NCBI GenBank assembly: GCA_902593405.1
Contig: CACJIB010000002.1
Coordinates: forward strand, 233-64,232
Direction: 5' to 3'
From: an uncultured Pelagibacteraceae bacterium
GTDB lineage: Bacteria; Pseudomonadota; Alphaproteobacteria; Pelagibacterales; Pelagibacteraceae
DNA length: 64,000 nt
The translations under genes and the position numbers were made by a program. The notes under the pieces were generated by a model. That model was not told the DNA's origin, made no database searches, and worked only from the letters and a program-made list of their open reading frames with translations. Numbering within the stretch: position 1 is the stretch's first letter; the number at the start of each line of letters is the position of its first letter. Positions 8,455 through 19,746 of this stretch are shown here, one piece after another.

Positions 8455-10116
8455 TTAAATATTAGTTTTATATACCCACTGCTCATCATAACTTTTTAGC
8501 TCATTTGGAAGTGGAGCACCTTGGAACATGCAAATTCTTAACCATTTGTCAGATCGTGGATCAAATTTTAATGCCCCAAAAAAAGACAATTTTAATCTAA
8601 GCATATCAATAGGCATTAAATCTTTACCAATTGTATTATCTTGTATTTCTGAATAAGGAAATTTTTCTACAATGAATGCCCTCCTCACTACATGTCTTAA
8701 TTCAGAATTTGATGTTAAAAATTCAGCAATAGTTAAACTATTTTTTGAGACTAATAGTTTGTCATAAAGTTTTTTTATATCTCTTGCTATTGCTAAAGGC
8801 TGTTCTAGTTCTGATCCATGCTCCTCAAAACGATCAGCTAATCTAGGTTCTTCTTTATTTTTTGAAATAAACCAAAAGTTTTTATTATTTTCTTTATCTT
8901 CAAAATTAATATCTAAAATGTTTGGATACTTTGCTTCTATGATATTACGCAATTCTTCAACTTTTCTATGAGTTGGAATATTAAAATATTTTTCCTCATC
9001 TGAGCTCATTTCTTTCACCAAAGGATTTACAATATTGTTATAAGGCTCCATCATTATTGAAACAATATATTCAATGCATTCCTCGCAAGTATTATCCTCC
9101 AACCATTGATATATTTTGTTAAAAGGATATTCGATCTCAAAATTAAAATCTTTGTTTATAAAGTTTAAAAATTTTTCAACATCTTTTAGTAATGATGTGA
9201 TTTTTGTTTGCTGATATTCACTATCAGTATTCCAGCTTGTAATATTTTTTAAAGATTTTTTTACACAATCTATAAACAAATCACTATCTTGACTTTCTAC
9301 ATCTTTGATTTCTCTAATTTTCTTAAGTGCTTTTTCTCTACTTAGAATCCAATTATTTAATAGAGTTGGGTGATTGACTATAAATGGAGCCATACCTAGG
9401 CCTGTAGAATTACCAATTCCCAAGTTTTTACAAATTTTATTATCTAGCTTAACAGCTGTTTTTGGATTTTTATAATAAGCAACATGATTAACTTGATCAA
9501 AAGTAAATTGTCTTACGAAATAAACCAACATCATTTCTAATCTGAATGGACCATTAATTTCTTCACGATTTTTAATTCTAAATCGATCTGCAAGACCAAA
9601 TTTGCCTGAGCCATATACTGCTGTAGTCCTATATAAATAGCCTACTTTTGATAATAAGTTTAAATCTGGCTGCTGACCTTTGCTCAAACTTTCAACTACG
9701 TGATTATAAATTCTTACTGATTTGTTTGCTCTCGATAAAGTTAATTCTTTATAAGAAAGTCTACCAACTTCTTGTTTTGGAACTTCATTTTTTAATCTTT
9801 CTATATCTTTTTTTGTAGGAACTCCATCATGTAATGTAAAAGCTGCGTCCCATTTTGTTGCAATAACTCTATCTGATCTTTCTTCGTCTTTAATTTCATT
9901 TGCAAAACAAACTAAAGAATAAACTCTTTTATTTTTTTTAAATGAATAAACAGCTTCTCCAAAACCATTTTCATTTAAATTAAATAAATCTCTTTTATAT
10001 TCCCACTCTTTAAATTCATTAAGAAAACTTCTTAAAAAAGATAATTTTGATTGATGAAAAGATCCTAGCCTTGATAATTTCATTATCTTGTTTGGGTCTC
10101 TTAATTCAACTTTCAT
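8455..10116 (-). CDS. Conserved hypothetical protein (553 aa)
   Basis: Long ORF with conserved-looking blocks (RSDRVIATKWD, GYLYRTTAVYGSGKFGLAD, GIGNSTGLGMAPF, KFDPRSDKW); no domain recognised. Confidence 0.8.
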   Translation of the reverse strand: MKVELRDPNKIMKLSRLGSFHQSKLSFLRSFLNEFKEWEYKRDLFNLNENGFGEAVYSFKKNKRVYSLVCFANEIKDEERSDRVIATKWDAAFTLHDGVPTKKDIERLKNEVPKQEVGRLSYKELTLSRANKSVRIYNHVVESLSKGQQPDLNLLSKVGYLYRTTAVYGSGKFGLADRFRIKNREEINGPFRLEMMLVYFVRQFTFDQVNHVAYYKNPKTAVKLDNKICKNLGIGNSTGLGMAPFIVNHPTLLNNWILSREKALKKIREIKDVESQDSDLFIDCVKKSLKNITSWNTDSEYQQTKITSLLKDVEKFLNFINKDFNFEIEYPFNKIYQWLEDNTCEECIEYIVSIMMEPYNNIVNPLVKEMSSDEEKYFNIPTHRKVEELRNIIEAKYPNILDINFEDKENNKNFWFISKNKEEPRLADRFEEHGSELEQPLAIARDIKKLYDKLLVSKNSLTIAEFLTSNSELRHVVRRAFIVEKFPYSEIQDNTIGKDLMPIDMLRLKLSFFGALKFDPRSDKWLRICMFQGAPLPNELKSYDEQWVYKTNI

Positions 10117-10118
10117 AA

Positions 10119-11084
10119 TTAAATCGATTTATAAAAATTGTACCAGTTATTTCCAAGTATTCCATGTGTCTCGGTATCTGAAAAACCTACTTTTTTAAGA
10201 CCTTTTTCAATATTTGAAAAACCTCTTGCATCAAGAAACCAATCAGGTTGTTTTGGAAAACCTGGTTTATTTTTCGAACCCTCACCATAATTTTTACTTT
10301 TAGACCAAGAACCATTTCTCATCCATTCAACAACAGTATCTGGATGATCTAAACAAAGATCTGATCCTATTCCTATTTTTTTTACATCCATTATTTCAGC
10401 TGTTTTTGCCACCATTTCACAAAAACTATCTAGAGTACAATTTGTGTTATCTTTTAAGTGATGAGGGTATAATGATAAACCCAACATACCACCACTATCA
10501 CTCAAAATTTTTAATAAATCTGAAGATTTGTTTCTTTTAGCTGGATGCCAAAAAGAAGGATTGGCATGAGTAATTGCAATTGGTTTTTCACTTAATTCAA
10601 TTGCATCTAGAGTACTTTTTTCTGCAGAATGTGACATGTCAACTACAAGACCAACTTTATTCATTTCTCTTATAACTTCACGTCCAAAATTTGTTACTCC
10701 ACTATCTACTTTTTCATAACAGCCTGTGGCTAGCAAAGACTGGTTATTATAAGTAAGTTGCATAAATCTACATCCTAATTGATGAACCTTTTCAACTAAC
10801 TTTATGTCATCTTCAATTGGCGAACAATTTTGAAAACCAAAGAATATCGCAGTTTTATTTTCTTTATTAGCTTTATCAATATCGTGAAAATTCTTACCAG
10901 GAAAAATTAAATCAGAGTTTTCATGAAATAATTTTTCCCATTTTTTTATTTCGAGTTGTAATTCATCAAAATCTTCATGGTAGACAATGGTAACATGGAC
11001 AGCATCTAATCCAGCAGATCTATTGATCTCAAAGATTTTCCTAGACCAATTACAATATTGAAGATTGTCGATTTTATAATTCAT
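10119..11084 (-). CDS. Membrane dipeptidase (M19)-like amidohydrolase
   Basis: MQLTYNNQS, DMSH, AITHAN, GIGSD and LGNNW motifs; ATG at 11084 preferred over TTG at 11105. Confidence 0.85.
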   Translation of the reverse strand: MNYKIDNLQYCNWSRKIFEINRSAGLDAVHVTIVYHEDFDELQLEIKKWEKLFHENSDLIFPGKNFHDIDKANKENKTAIFFGFQNCSPIEDDIKLVEKVHQLGCRFMQLTYNNQSLLATGCYEKVDSGVTNFGREVIREMNKVGLVVDMSHSAEKSTLDAIELSEKPIAITHANPSFWHPAKRNKSSDLLKILSDSGGMLGLSLYPHHLKDNTNCTLDSFCEMVAKTAEIMDVKKIGIGSDLCLDHPDTVVEWMRNGSWSKSKNYGEGSKNKPGFPKQPDWFLDARGFSNIEKGLKKVGFSDTETHGILGNNWYNFYKSI

Positions 11085-11178
11085 AGTATGCTTAACTCTA
11101 ATCAATATGTATTTTAAATACTATTAATTTTATTGAAATTTTAATTTAATTTTGAAATAAACAGATTGATCAATTTTC

Positions 11179-11670
11179 ATGAAAAAAAATAGTAAATTTA
11201 AAGTTTCAATCATAATGGGAAGTCAATCTGACTATAAAGTAATGAAACTAGCCGAAAAAACCTTAAAAAAAATTGGAGTTTCATTTGAAACAAAAATTAT
11301 ATCTGCTCATAGAACTCCACAAAGAATGTATGAATATGCTGCAAAAGTTGAGCAAAATAATATAGGAGTAATTATTGCAGGTGCTGGAGGATCTGCTCAT
11401 CTTCCAGGTATGATATCAGCACTTACACATGTGCCAGTACTTGGTGTTCCTGTTGAAAGTAAGAAACTTAAAGGTTTGGATAGTTTATTATCTATTGCAC
11501 AAATGCCTAAAGGAATACCTGTAGGAACACTCGCTATAGGAGAGGATGGTGCTATTAATGCTGCATTATTAGCTGCAGCAATAATTGCTAATAATAATTC
11601 AAATGTTCGAAAAAAACTTAAAAATTTTAGAACATCACAAACTAAATCTGTAAAGAAGTCTCCAAAATAA
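11179..11670 (+). CDS. purE: N5-CAIR mutase
   Basis: [23 protein letters not shown] and QMPKGIPV motifs. Confidence 0.97.
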   Translation: MKKNSKFKVSIIMGSQSDYKVMKLAEKTLKKIGVSFETKIISAHRTPQRMYEYAAKVEQNNIGVIIAGAGGSAHLPGMISALTHVPVLGVPVESKKLKGLDSLLSIAQMPKGIPVGTLAIGEDGAINAALLAAAIIANNNSNVRKKLKNFRTSQTKSVKKSPK

Positions 11671-11671
11671 A

Positions 11672-12718
11672 ATGTCAGAAATTACTCTTGGTATCATTGG
11701 AGGTGGTCAACTTGGAAGTATGCTTGCAATAGCAGCTAAAAAATTAAATGTTAAAACTGTTGTTTTTTGTGATGACTTAGATGCGCCAGCACAAAATTTT
11801 TGCAATCAATTTGTTACTGGAAGCTATGATAATAAAGAAAAAATAACAGAATTTATAAATCAGGTTGATTTAGTCACTTATGAATTTGAAAATATTCCAT
11901 ATGAAACATTAAATGAAATTAATAAATTTAAACCTGTTTTACCAAAGCCTTCTGTTAACAGATTAATACAACATCGATTGGCTGAAAAAGATTTTGTTAA
12001 TAAATTAAATATTAGAACAACTAGATATGTTTCAATTGAAAAAAAATCTGACATTGATGCCTTAGAAGATTTTTTACCTGGAATATTAAAAACAACAACA
12101 CTTGGTTATGATGGCAAAGGTCAATATCCAATTAAATCAAGTGATGAACTTAATTCATTAAATATTGATTTTTCAAAAGGATATATTCTTGAAAAACTTG
12201 TAAAATTAAAAAAGGAGATTTCAATTATAATTACAAGGTTTAGTAACAATAAATATGAAATTTACGAACCAATAGAAAACACTCACGAGGATCAAATTTT
12301 AAAATATTCAAAAATACCAGCTGAAATTAATGAAAAGATTTTTAATCAATCTAAAGATTGGGCAATGCTAATTGCTGAAGAACTTAAATATGTTGGAACT
12401 TTATGTGTAGAATTTTTTATTGATAGAAATGATAATCTTTATGTTAATGAGATTGCACCTAGAGTACATAACTCAGGACATCTAACAATAAATGCTTTTA
12501 ATGTGAGTCAATTTGAAAATCATGTAAGAGCTGTGTGTGGTTTAGAACAAATTCCTATAAAAAAAATATCTAATGCTAAAATGATGAATTTACTTGGTGG
12601 TCAAATTACTCATTATCGAAACCTGCAAAAGTTTAACGATAACGAATTCTTCTTTGATTATTTAAAAAAAGATATAAAAGAAAAAAGAAAAATGGGTCAT
12701 ATCACAACTTTAGTATAA
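11672..12718 (+). CDS. purK: N5-CAIR synthase
   Basis: GGGQLG, TYEFEN, GYDGKGQ, NEIAPRVHNSGH and RKMGH motifs. Confidence 0.97.
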   Translation: MSEITLGIIGGGQLGSMLAIAAKKLNVKTVVFCDDLDAPAQNFCNQFVTGSYDNKEKITEFINQVDLVTYEFENIPYETLNEINKFKPVLPKPSVNRLIQHRLAEKDFVNKLNIRTTRYVSIEKKSDIDALEDFLPGILKTTTLGYDGKGQYPIKSSDELNSLNIDFSKGYILEKLVKLKKEISIIITRFSNNKYEIYEPIENTHEDQILKYSKIPAEINEKIFNQSKDWAMLIAEELKYVGTLCVEFFIDRNDNLYVNEIAPRVHNSGHLTINAFNVSQFENHVRAVCGLEQIPIKKISNAKMMNLLGGQITHYRNLQKFNDNEFFFDYLKKDIKEKRKMGHITTLV

Positions 12719-13185
12719 TGTTAAAATCATTAGAAGGTAATTTTGATAATCCAGAAGTTAACGAACTTCTAACCAAACATTTTATAGAACTTAGAGCTGC
12801 CTCCCCAGAAGGAAGTGCTCATGTCCTTGATATTCCTGGTTTAAAAGTACCATCAATTAAATTTTGGAGTTTATGGGATGATGAAAAATTAATCGGCTGT
12901 GGTGCTCTAAAATTTTTAGGTAACGAACATGGAGAGTTTAAATCTATAAGAATTCATGATAATTTTAGAAATCAAGGCCAAGGAATTAATGTTATAAATC
13001 ATTTAATTAATGAAGCTAAAAAGCTTAAAATAAAAAGATTAAGTATAGAAACAGGTGCGGGTGATTTTTTTATACCAGCAAGAAAACTTTTCAAAAAAAC
13101 TGGATTTATTGCATGCGAGCCTTTCGCGCATTATAAAGAAGACATTAATTCTGTCTATTTAACTAAGCTTATTGAAGATATTTAA
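12718..13185 (+). CDS. GNAT N-acetyltransferase (YedL/YsnE-like)
   Basis: SPEGSAHVLD, GCGALK, GEFKS, RNQGQG and SIETG motifs. Confidence 0.85.
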   Translation: MLKSLEGNFDNPEVNELLTKHFIELRAASPEGSAHVLDIPGLKVPSIKFWSLWDDEKLIGCGALKFLGNEHGEFKSIRIHDNFRNQGQGINVINHLINEAKKLKIKRLSIETGAGDFFIPARKLFKKTGFIACEPFAHYKEDINSVYLTKLIEDI

Positions 13186-13301
13186 AAAATTATTTTAATA
13201 ATTGACCTATTTTGTTGACAAAACCCAATAAAATCTAAAGAAAGCCAATATTACTTAATTATAAGTAATAATTTAATATAACAAAAAATAAGAAGATAAA
13301 T

Positions 13302-13508
13302 ATGAGTCTACAAGGTAAAGTAAAGTGGTTCAATCCAACCAAAGGTTTTGGTTTTATTGAAAGAGAAGATAAAGAAAAAGATGTGTTTGTACATGTTTCA
13401 GCAGTAAGAGATGCTGGTATGAACGGTTTAGATGAGGGTCAAGCTTTGACTTTCGATGTTGAAGATGGTCCTAAAGGTCCTTCAGCAGTTAACTTAAAAA
13501 CTGCATAA
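13302..13508 (+). CDS. cspA: Cold-shock protein (CspA family)
   Basis: RNP1 KGFGFI and RNP2 VFVH; GPKGPSAVN. Confidence 0.93.
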   Translation: MSLQGKVKWFNPTKGFGFIEREDKEKDVFVHVSAVRDAGMNGLDEGQALTFDVEDGPKGPSAVNLKTA

Positions 13509-13520
13509 TTTCACACTTCC

Positions 13521-13571
13521 TATTGGCTGAAAAATTTTATTTGTAAATACAAATTTAGTATTCAGCCAATA
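13521..13571 (+). terminator. Long 3-prime stem-loop after csp
   Basis: TATTGGCTGAA...TTCAGCCAATA outer stem with an inner ATTTGT/ACAAAT stem; no U tract. Confidence 0.5.
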
Positions 13572-13648
13572 CCTCAATTAATAACAACCTTTAAACACAA
13601 TTATTAATTATAGATTTAAATTAAAAAATTTATAAATTAATCAGAATT

Positions 13649-14395
13649 ATGATTGGAATTTTAGGTGGAATGGGAACTCAAGCTGGTCTTGATTTTTGTA
13701 ACAAGCTTGCTGTTCTGAATAGAGGAAAAATTGATCAAGAGTATCCTTTATTTTTACTTTATAATAAATCAAATATTCCTGGCAGACCTGAGTCTATAGG
13801 CTCCCAAACTAAAAAACTTTCAAACAAATCTACAAATAAAACAAGTAGAGAAAAATATAACAAAGTTCTTAAGAGTTTGCTCAAAGGTTGTAAGCTCCTA
13901 GAAAAAAATAAATGTAAATTTATAGTTATACCTTGCAATACGGCTCATTATTGGTTCGAGGATTTGCAAAATAAAATTAATATTCCAATAATAAATATGC
14001 CAAAAGAAGTTTTCAAATTTACAAAAAAAAAATGTAAGAAAAACTCTAAAGTTGGCCTATTAGCAACTGAGGGCACTCTTAAAACTGGAGTTTATAAAAA
14101 ATTTTTTGAAAAAAATTATCAATTAATAGAACCATCTCAAAAAATACAAAAATTGTCAGTCAACAAAGCTATTAAATTAGTTAAAATGGGTAATGTTAAA
14201 GCGGCAGCAAAAGCTATTAAACCTGCTATTGACTCCTTAATTAAAATGAAGTGCAAAAAAATTATATTAGGTTGTACAGAGCTACCTATTGCAATTTTTG
14301 CATTTAAATCATTTAAAAATGTTAAATCCTCTAAAGTTTTCTTAGATCCTAATTTAATTTTGGCTCATTCAGCTATGGTTAAGTATAAAAATTAG
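13649..14395 (+). CDS. Aspartate/glutamate racemase family protein
   Basis: GILGGMG; catalytic Cys pair PCNTAH and GCTE. Confidence 0.9.
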   Translation: MIGILGGMGTQAGLDFCNKLAVLNRGKIDQEYPLFLLYNKSNIPGRPESIGSQTKKLSNKSTNKTSREKYNKVLKSLLKGCKLLEKNKCKFIVIPCNTAHYWFEDLQNKINIPIINMPKEVFKFTKKKCKKNSKVGLLATEGTLKTGVYKKFFEKNYQLIEPSQKIQKLSVNKAIKLVKMGNVKAAAKAIKPAIDSLIKMKCKKIILGCTELPIAIFAFKSFKNVKSSKVFLDPNLILAHSAMVKYKN

Positions 14396-14398
14396 TTT

Positions 14399-14839
14399 AT
14401 GACTACTAAGAATGAAAAACCATATGTATTAAGAGCTGCTGAATTTGTTTATTCAAATATAATTGAAATTAAAAAACAAAATCCTGAAATAAATAATATT
14501 CAAGCATTTGAAATTTTTATGACTACTAAAGAATATGAAACTTTAAGTTCTGGAGAATTTCATGATAAATGGTTTTTAGAACTTAGGAATAATAATTTTA
14601 TTGACTCGATTACCAAAAAAAAAATCAATGTGGAAACTTTAAGACTTTTGGAACTTCAAAAAGATTCTATGATTAAATTTTTAATGAAAATACCTAAGCT
14701 TTATTATACTAAAAGTCATTTTCCACTAGAGATTTCACAAAGAGCTTTTGATCATTTATGGAGAGTTTGTGAAAGCTATGAAATGTGGTGCAGAGAAACT
14801 AAACAAGAAAATCTGATATATCTTAATATTATTGAGTAG
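14399..14839 (+). CDS. Hypothetical protein
   Basis: 146-aa ORF 3 nt after the racemase; no motif recognised. Confidence 0.6.
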   Translation: MTTKNEKPYVLRAAEFVYSNIIEIKKQNPEINNIQAFEIFMTTKEYETLSSGEFHDKWFLELRNNNFIDSITKKKINVETLRLLELQKDSMIKFLMKIPKLYYTKSHFPLEISQRAFDHLWRVCESYEMWCRETKQENLIYLNIIE

Positions 14840-15203
14840 TATTATTTAAATTAATAATTGATCTAGTAATATGTATTCTTTTTTTAACTAATTTTCTTAA
14901 TTCTTGTTCCTCAAGTTTTTTTCGTGTCATCTTTATTCTTTTTTCAACAAGATTTCTTAATTCTTCGTTAAATTGATTTTTATTTTTTTTCTTATCTAAT
15001 TCTTCTTTAACTAGAGTTAAAGAACTTTTACCAGTTTTCTTTTTTATGCTTTGATCAATTATAAATTGGGCAGTTGCTTTATAAATATTACCAGAAGTAA
15101 TAGCTGTAACTCCTGGACCAAGAATTGACATAAAAGGTGTAAAACCTGTTAAAAATAGAAATGATACTAAAATCGTAAAAATTTTAAACAATCTAAAGTT
15201 CAT
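14829..15203 (-). CDS. Hypothetical exported protein with C-terminal helical repeat
   Basis: Hydrophobic N-terminus; repeat EELRNLVEKRIKMTR / QELRKLVKKRIHITR. Confidence 0.6.
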   Translation of the reverse strand: MNFRLFKIFTILVSFLFLTGFTPFMSILGPGVTAITSGNIYKATAQFIIDQSIKKKTGKSSLTLVKEELDKKKNKNQFNEELRNLVEKRIKMTRKKLEEQELRKLVKKRIHITRSIINLNNTTQ

Positions 15204-15306
15204 AAACAAAACCTAAGTGATTTGGCAAAATATATCTATAGTTAATTAGTTCATTTTAGGCGTTGATTTATTTGATTTTATTAAATTTATTTGCTTATTA
15301 AATATT

Positions 15307-16155
15307 ATGCTTAGAATATTTCCTTTTATATTTGTACTTCTGTGGTCTTCTGCATTTATAACAACAAAACCTATAATAAATAATAGTGATCCATTTGCTG
15401 CGCTAGCTTTTAGGTTTGCTTTAGTTGCTTTTGGTTTTTTTTTGTTTTCTATTTATTCAAAACAAAAAATATTAGTTAGTAAAAAAAACTTTTTTGAATC
15501 TTTTTTTAGTGGAGTTCTTTTTCATGGTTTTTATCTAGGAGGTGTCTTTTATTCTATTTCAATAGGTATGCCTACAGGGATTGCAGCATTAATAGTAACT
15601 CTACAACCAGTTCTTACAAATGCATTAAGTGGTCCAATCTTGAATGAAAAAGTATCTAGCAAACAGTGGATAGGTGTCTTATTAGGATTTACTGGTGCAG
15701 GGCTTGTATTGGGTTTTGATATTGGTTCTAAAATACCTCTAGCAGGATTGATCGCAACAATAATAGCGTTATTAGCAATTACATTTTCAACTTTATGGCA
15801 AAAAAAATTGAGTAATAACTTGCCTTTGTCTACGAGTAATATGAATCAAGCTCTTGGAGGTTGTTTATTTCACTTGTTAATAATAATCTTATTTATTGAT
15901 CCATACATTGATTTCTCACAAACATTTATTATTGCAATGAGTCATCAAATATTTTTAGTATCATTTGGTGCATTTACTATTTTGATGTATTTAATAAAAC
16001 ACAATTCAGCTAGCAAAACTGTTTCTATATTTTTTTTAATCCCAGCTACATCTGCTTTTATGGCATGGCTTTTCTTAAATGAAAGTTTAACTAACTTAGA
16101 CCTAATTGGATTTCTAATTACTTCTATAGGTGTTTATATTGCAACAAGAGATTGA
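15307..16155 (+). CDS. DMT/EamA-family transporter
   Basis: 10 TM; FVLLWSSAF, ALIVTLQP and LNESLT motifs. Confidence 0.9.
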   Translation: MLRIFPFIFVLLWSSAFITTKPIINNSDPFAALAFRFALVAFGFFLFSIYSKQKILVSKKNFFESFFSGVLFHGFYLGGVFYSISIGMPTGIAALIVTLQPVLTNALSGPILNEKVSSKQWIGVLLGFTGAGLVLGFDIGSKIPLAGLIATIIALLAITFSTLWQKKLSNNLPLSTSNMNQALGGCLFHLLIIILFIDPYIDFSQTFIIAMSHQIFLVSFGAFTILMYLIKHNSASKTVSIFFLIPATSAFMAWLFLNESLTNLDLIGFLITSIGVYIATRD

Positions 16156-16165
16156 AAATTTAAGC

Positions 16166-16753
16166 CTATAAAGACTCAAAGCCAAACTCTAGAGATGCAT
16201 CTGTGATAGAATGATATAAAGACTCTCCAAAACTTCTTAAAGCAAATAACCTTACTTTATTTGGATTTTCACCCAACCTATCAACAGTAAAAGCTATTCC
16301 ATTATAAGTTGAGTTAATTGAATTATTTTTATCTAATGTATTAAAATTAAAAGGGCATCCCTTTTTTAAAACTTCTATCGTATCATTACCTTCGATTTCA
16401 ATAATAGCCCTTGAATGAGATAAATCTGTTACAGCAAAGTCTGTATCTTTAAATTTATCTGTTATATCTTTTATTAAATCTTTTTTAGTTGAAACCAAAA
16501 ACCAGTTTTTTGGTCCATTCCACATAATCCTAGTAGTATCATTAAACATTACAGTTAAGGGTTCGTTTTTTAATTTTAAACCATCAATATCAATGCCCTC
16601 AAATGAAACTGAAGAATTTTTGTACTGAACTATTTGAACAATTAGTAAATTTTTGATTTCAGATATTTTAAGTATTTCATTTTCATTTTTACCTTCATAA
16701 TCTCCAAATTGACCTTTTGTATGAACATTTGATAAAGCTGAAATTAATATCAT
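16166..16753 (-). CDS. soxG: Heterotetrameric sarcosine oxidase family gamma subunit
   Basis: WNGPKNW, DLSHSR, LKKGCP and RSFGESL motifs; operon position. Confidence 0.85.
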   Translation of the reverse strand: MILISALSNVHTKGQFGDYEGKNENEILKISEIKNLLIVQIVQYKNSSVSFEGIDIDGLKLKNEPLTVMFNDTTRIMWNGPKNWFLVSTKKDLIKDITDKFKDTDFAVTDLSHSRAIIEIEGNDTIEVLKKGCPFNFNTLDKNNSINSTYNGIAFTVDRLGENPNKVRLFALRSFGESLYHSITDASLEFGFESL

Positions 16754-19746
16754 GATCTAACTCTTTCACCTTTTGGGTCTACATAATGTGATGAAACTAT
16801 TTCAACTGGTATTACTTTGTTTTTAAGTGGCGACATCGCAAAAAGCTTTTGACCGATCATATTTTTTCCATCTTTCAAAATTGCCAAAGAAAAAGGATTA
16901 TCATATTCAACACTCCAACAAGATGCAGAGATATGACCTAATTTTGGATTTGGTAACGGTGCTTTATCATCTTTAACTAAGTGGGATCCTTCTGGTATAC
17001 TTGTTTGTTTGTCTAATGGAACTACGCCCACTATTCTTTGTCTATCTTCAGCTATAAATGCAGATCTTTGTAATGATCTTTTTCCAATAAAATCTTTCTT
17101 TTTGCTAACAAGACCTTCTAAAGCGTTGTCGAATGGAATTGTTCTACCATCAAGTTCTGATCCAGCAACATGTCCCATTTCAATTCTAAGAGTTGATAAT
17201 GCTTCTGTTCCATACGGTTGAATGTTAAATTCCTCACCAGCTTCCATTATTTTTTCCCACATGAAATTTCCATAATCAGATTCAACATTTACTTCATAAG
17301 CAAGCTCGCCTGAGAACGAAATTCTAAAAATTCTAGCTTTAACACCATATAAATCTCCCTCCATGTACCCCATGAAAGGCAAACCTTCATTTGATACATC
17401 TGAATTTGGAAATAATTTTTGTAATAAATCTCTAGATTTAGGTCCAGCGATAGCTGCTCCTGCCCACTGTTCTGTAGTTGAAACTACATTCACATTTAAT
17501 TCAGGCCAAACTAGTTGCAAATAATATTCTAAATGCGAAAGAACGTTTGCTGCTTGCGCTGTTGTTGTCGTCATATGATAATGATTTTCAGAAATTCTTG
17601 TAGTTGTTCCGTCATCCATTACAATTCCATCTTCTCTTAACATTACGCCATATCTAGCTTTACCGACTGGTAGCTTCAACCATGCATTAGTATAGACCCT
17701 ATTTAATAACTCCGCTGCATCTGGTCCCTTAATATCTATTTTACCTAATGTGGTTACATCACAAACACCCACGTTTGTTCTTACATTTTTTGCTTCTCTT
17801 TTTGATCCCTCAAATAAATTTTCATTCCCTCTTTTATAATACCTTGGTCTTAACCAAACACCTGCATCAACAAAAACTGCATTATTTTTTTCATGCCAAG
17901 AATGCATTGGAGATTTTCTTGTTGGTTTTGAATGTTTTCCAACCTCTCTTCCTACTATTGCTCCGATAGAAACAGGAGTATATGGAGGCCTAAAAGTCGT
18001 ATGACCAACAGCTGGAACTACTTTATTTTCAATTTCGGATACTAATTGTAATCCATTTAAATTACTTGTTTTTCCTTGGTCTGTTGCCATTCCTAGAGTG
18101 GTATATCTTTTAACGTGTTCAATTGATCGATACCCTTCTCTTAAAGCTATTTCTATATCAGATACCGCTACGTCGTTTTGAAAATCTAAAAATCTTTTAT
18201 AATTTTTACCTTTTGGCAATGGAACACACCAAAACTTATCATGCTGAGAAGATTTCTTTTCAACAACATTTGGAATAGATATCTTATTATCGTTTTCAGT
18301 AATTTTTTTTGATAACTCACTTCCTGCTGTAAATGACGTTTTTAAAGTTTCCTCTAGCGAAAATACTCCATTTGCTGCACCTAAAGTAATTTCATTTTGT
18401 TTTGATTGACCTGGAACAAATGCATCAATTTCTTCTTTAAACTTTGTTTTATTTCCTGATTGTGAGGCTAAATGAATAGTTGGTGTCCAAAAACCTGAAA
18501 CGCAAATACAATCACATTGTATATTTTCTATTTTACCAAGTTGTTTTTTGTCCTCAGAAATACTTGCAATATCTGCCGATTTTACTTTTTTGTATCCTTG
18601 TGCTGCAACAACAACATATGAATTTTTAATATTAATTCCTAAATTTTTTGCCTCATCAATTATTTCAGACTCCGGATTTTTTCTTGAATCTAAAACAACT
18701 GGATCAACTCCATGTTTTTTAAATTCAATTGCTGTTTCGTATCCACTATCATTATTTGTAAATACCAATGGTTTTTTTCCAACTAAAACACCATATACTT
18801 TTAAATATTCTTTAGCTGCTGAGGAAAGCATTACCCCTGGTGTATCATTATTTCCAAATACTATTGGTCTTTCAATTGATCCTGAGGAAATCAAAACTTC
18901 TTTTGCTCGAATGTACCATAATCTTTTGTTAGGGTGATATTTTTTAGTTGATGGTAAATGATCACTAACTTTTTCTGACATCACAAGCATGTTGTGATCA
19001 TAGTATCCAAAAATTTGAGATCTATTTTTTACAACAACATTTGGCATTGTTTTAAGCTCTGCAATTATTCCTTCAGCCCAATCTTTTCCTGATTGATTAC
19101 CAATATTGACATCACTAGTTAGTAAAGATCCACCAAATCTTGGTTTATCTTCAGCTAAAATTACTTTAGCTCCATTTTTTGCTGCAGCATATGCACCAGC
19201 TAATCCTGAGGGTCCTGAGCCTGCAATTAATAAATCACAATATTCATATTTATGTTCATATCTTTCTTTATCGTGTTTAATTGAAGCTACACCTAAACCA
19301 GCTGCTTTTCTAATAAATGGCTCATAAATTCGATACCAAAAACTTTTAGGCCACATAAAAGTTTTGTAATAAAAACCTGCTGGTAAAAAAATTCTCAAAA
19401 AATTATTGATTGCACCTATATCAAAATTAACACTTGGCCAACAATTAACACTTTTTGCCTCTAAACCCTCAAATAGTTCCTGCTCTGTGGCTTTAATATT
19501 AGGTTCTGTTTCACCATTTCTATAAAGTTGTACAACTGCATAGGGTTCATCTACCCCAGCTCCAAAGAAACCTCTGGGTCTGTGATATTTAAAACTTCTT
19601 CCTACTAAATGAACTCCATTTGCTAATAAAGCTGAAGCTAATGTGTCACCCTCATAACCAAAGTAAGTTTTACCATTAAACTTAAAAGATAATTTTTTAT
19701 CTCTATTTATTAACCCGCTATTTTCAATTCTAAAAGCTTGGGTCAT
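16750..19746 (-). CDS. soxA: Heterotetrameric sarcosine oxidase family alpha subunit (may act as an N-methylglutamate dehydrogenase subunit)
   Basis: [28 protein letters not shown] and a C-terminal GcvT domain. Confidence 0.92.
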   Translation of the reverse strand: MTQAFRIENSGLINRDKKLSFKFNGKTYFGYEGDTLASALLANGVHLVGRSFKYHRPRGFFGAGVDEPYAVVQLYRNGETEPNIKATEQELFEGLEAKSVNCWPSVNFDIGAINNFLRIFLPAGFYYKTFMWPKSFWYRIYEPFIRKAAGLGVASIKHDKERYEHKYEYCDLLIAGSGPSGLAGAYAAAKNGAKVILAEDKPRFGGSLLTSDVNIGNQSGKDWAEGIIAELKTMPNVVVKNRSQIFGYYDHNMLVMSEKVSDHLPSTKKYHPNKRLWYIRAKEVLISSGSIERPIVFGNNDTPGVMLSSAAKEYLKVYGVLVGKKPLVFTNNDSGYETAIEFKKHGVDPVVLDSRKNPESEIIDEAKNLGINIKNSYVVVAAQGYKKVKSADIASISEDKKQLGKIENIQCDCICVSGFWTPTIHLASQSGNKTKFKEEIDAFVPGQSKQNEITLGAANGVFSLEETLKTSFTAGSELSKKITENDNKISIPNVVEKKSSQHDKFWCVPLPKGKNYKRFLDFQNDVAVSDIEIALREGYRSIEHVKRYTTLGMATDQGKTSNLNGLQLVSEIENKVVPAVGHTTFRPPYTPVSIGAIVGREVGKHSKPTRKSPMHSWHEKNNAVFVDAGVWLRPRYYKRGNENLFEGSKREAKNVRTNVGVCDVTTLGKIDIKGPDAAELLNRVYTNAWLKLPVGKARYGVMLREDGIVMDDGTTTRISENHYHMTTTTAQAANVLSHLEYYLQLVWPELNVNVVSTTEQWAGAAIAGPKSRDLLQKLFPNSDVSNEGLPFMGYMEGDLYGVKARIFRISFSGELAYEVNVESDYGNFMWEKIMEAGEEFNIQPYGTEALSTLRIEMGHVAGSELDGRTIPFDNALEGLVSKKKDFIGKRSLQRSAFIAEDRQRIVGVVPLDKQTSIPEGSHLVKDDKAPLPNPKLGHISASCWSVEYDNPFSLAILKDGKNMIGQKLFAMSPLKNKVIPVEIVSSHYVDPKGERVRS

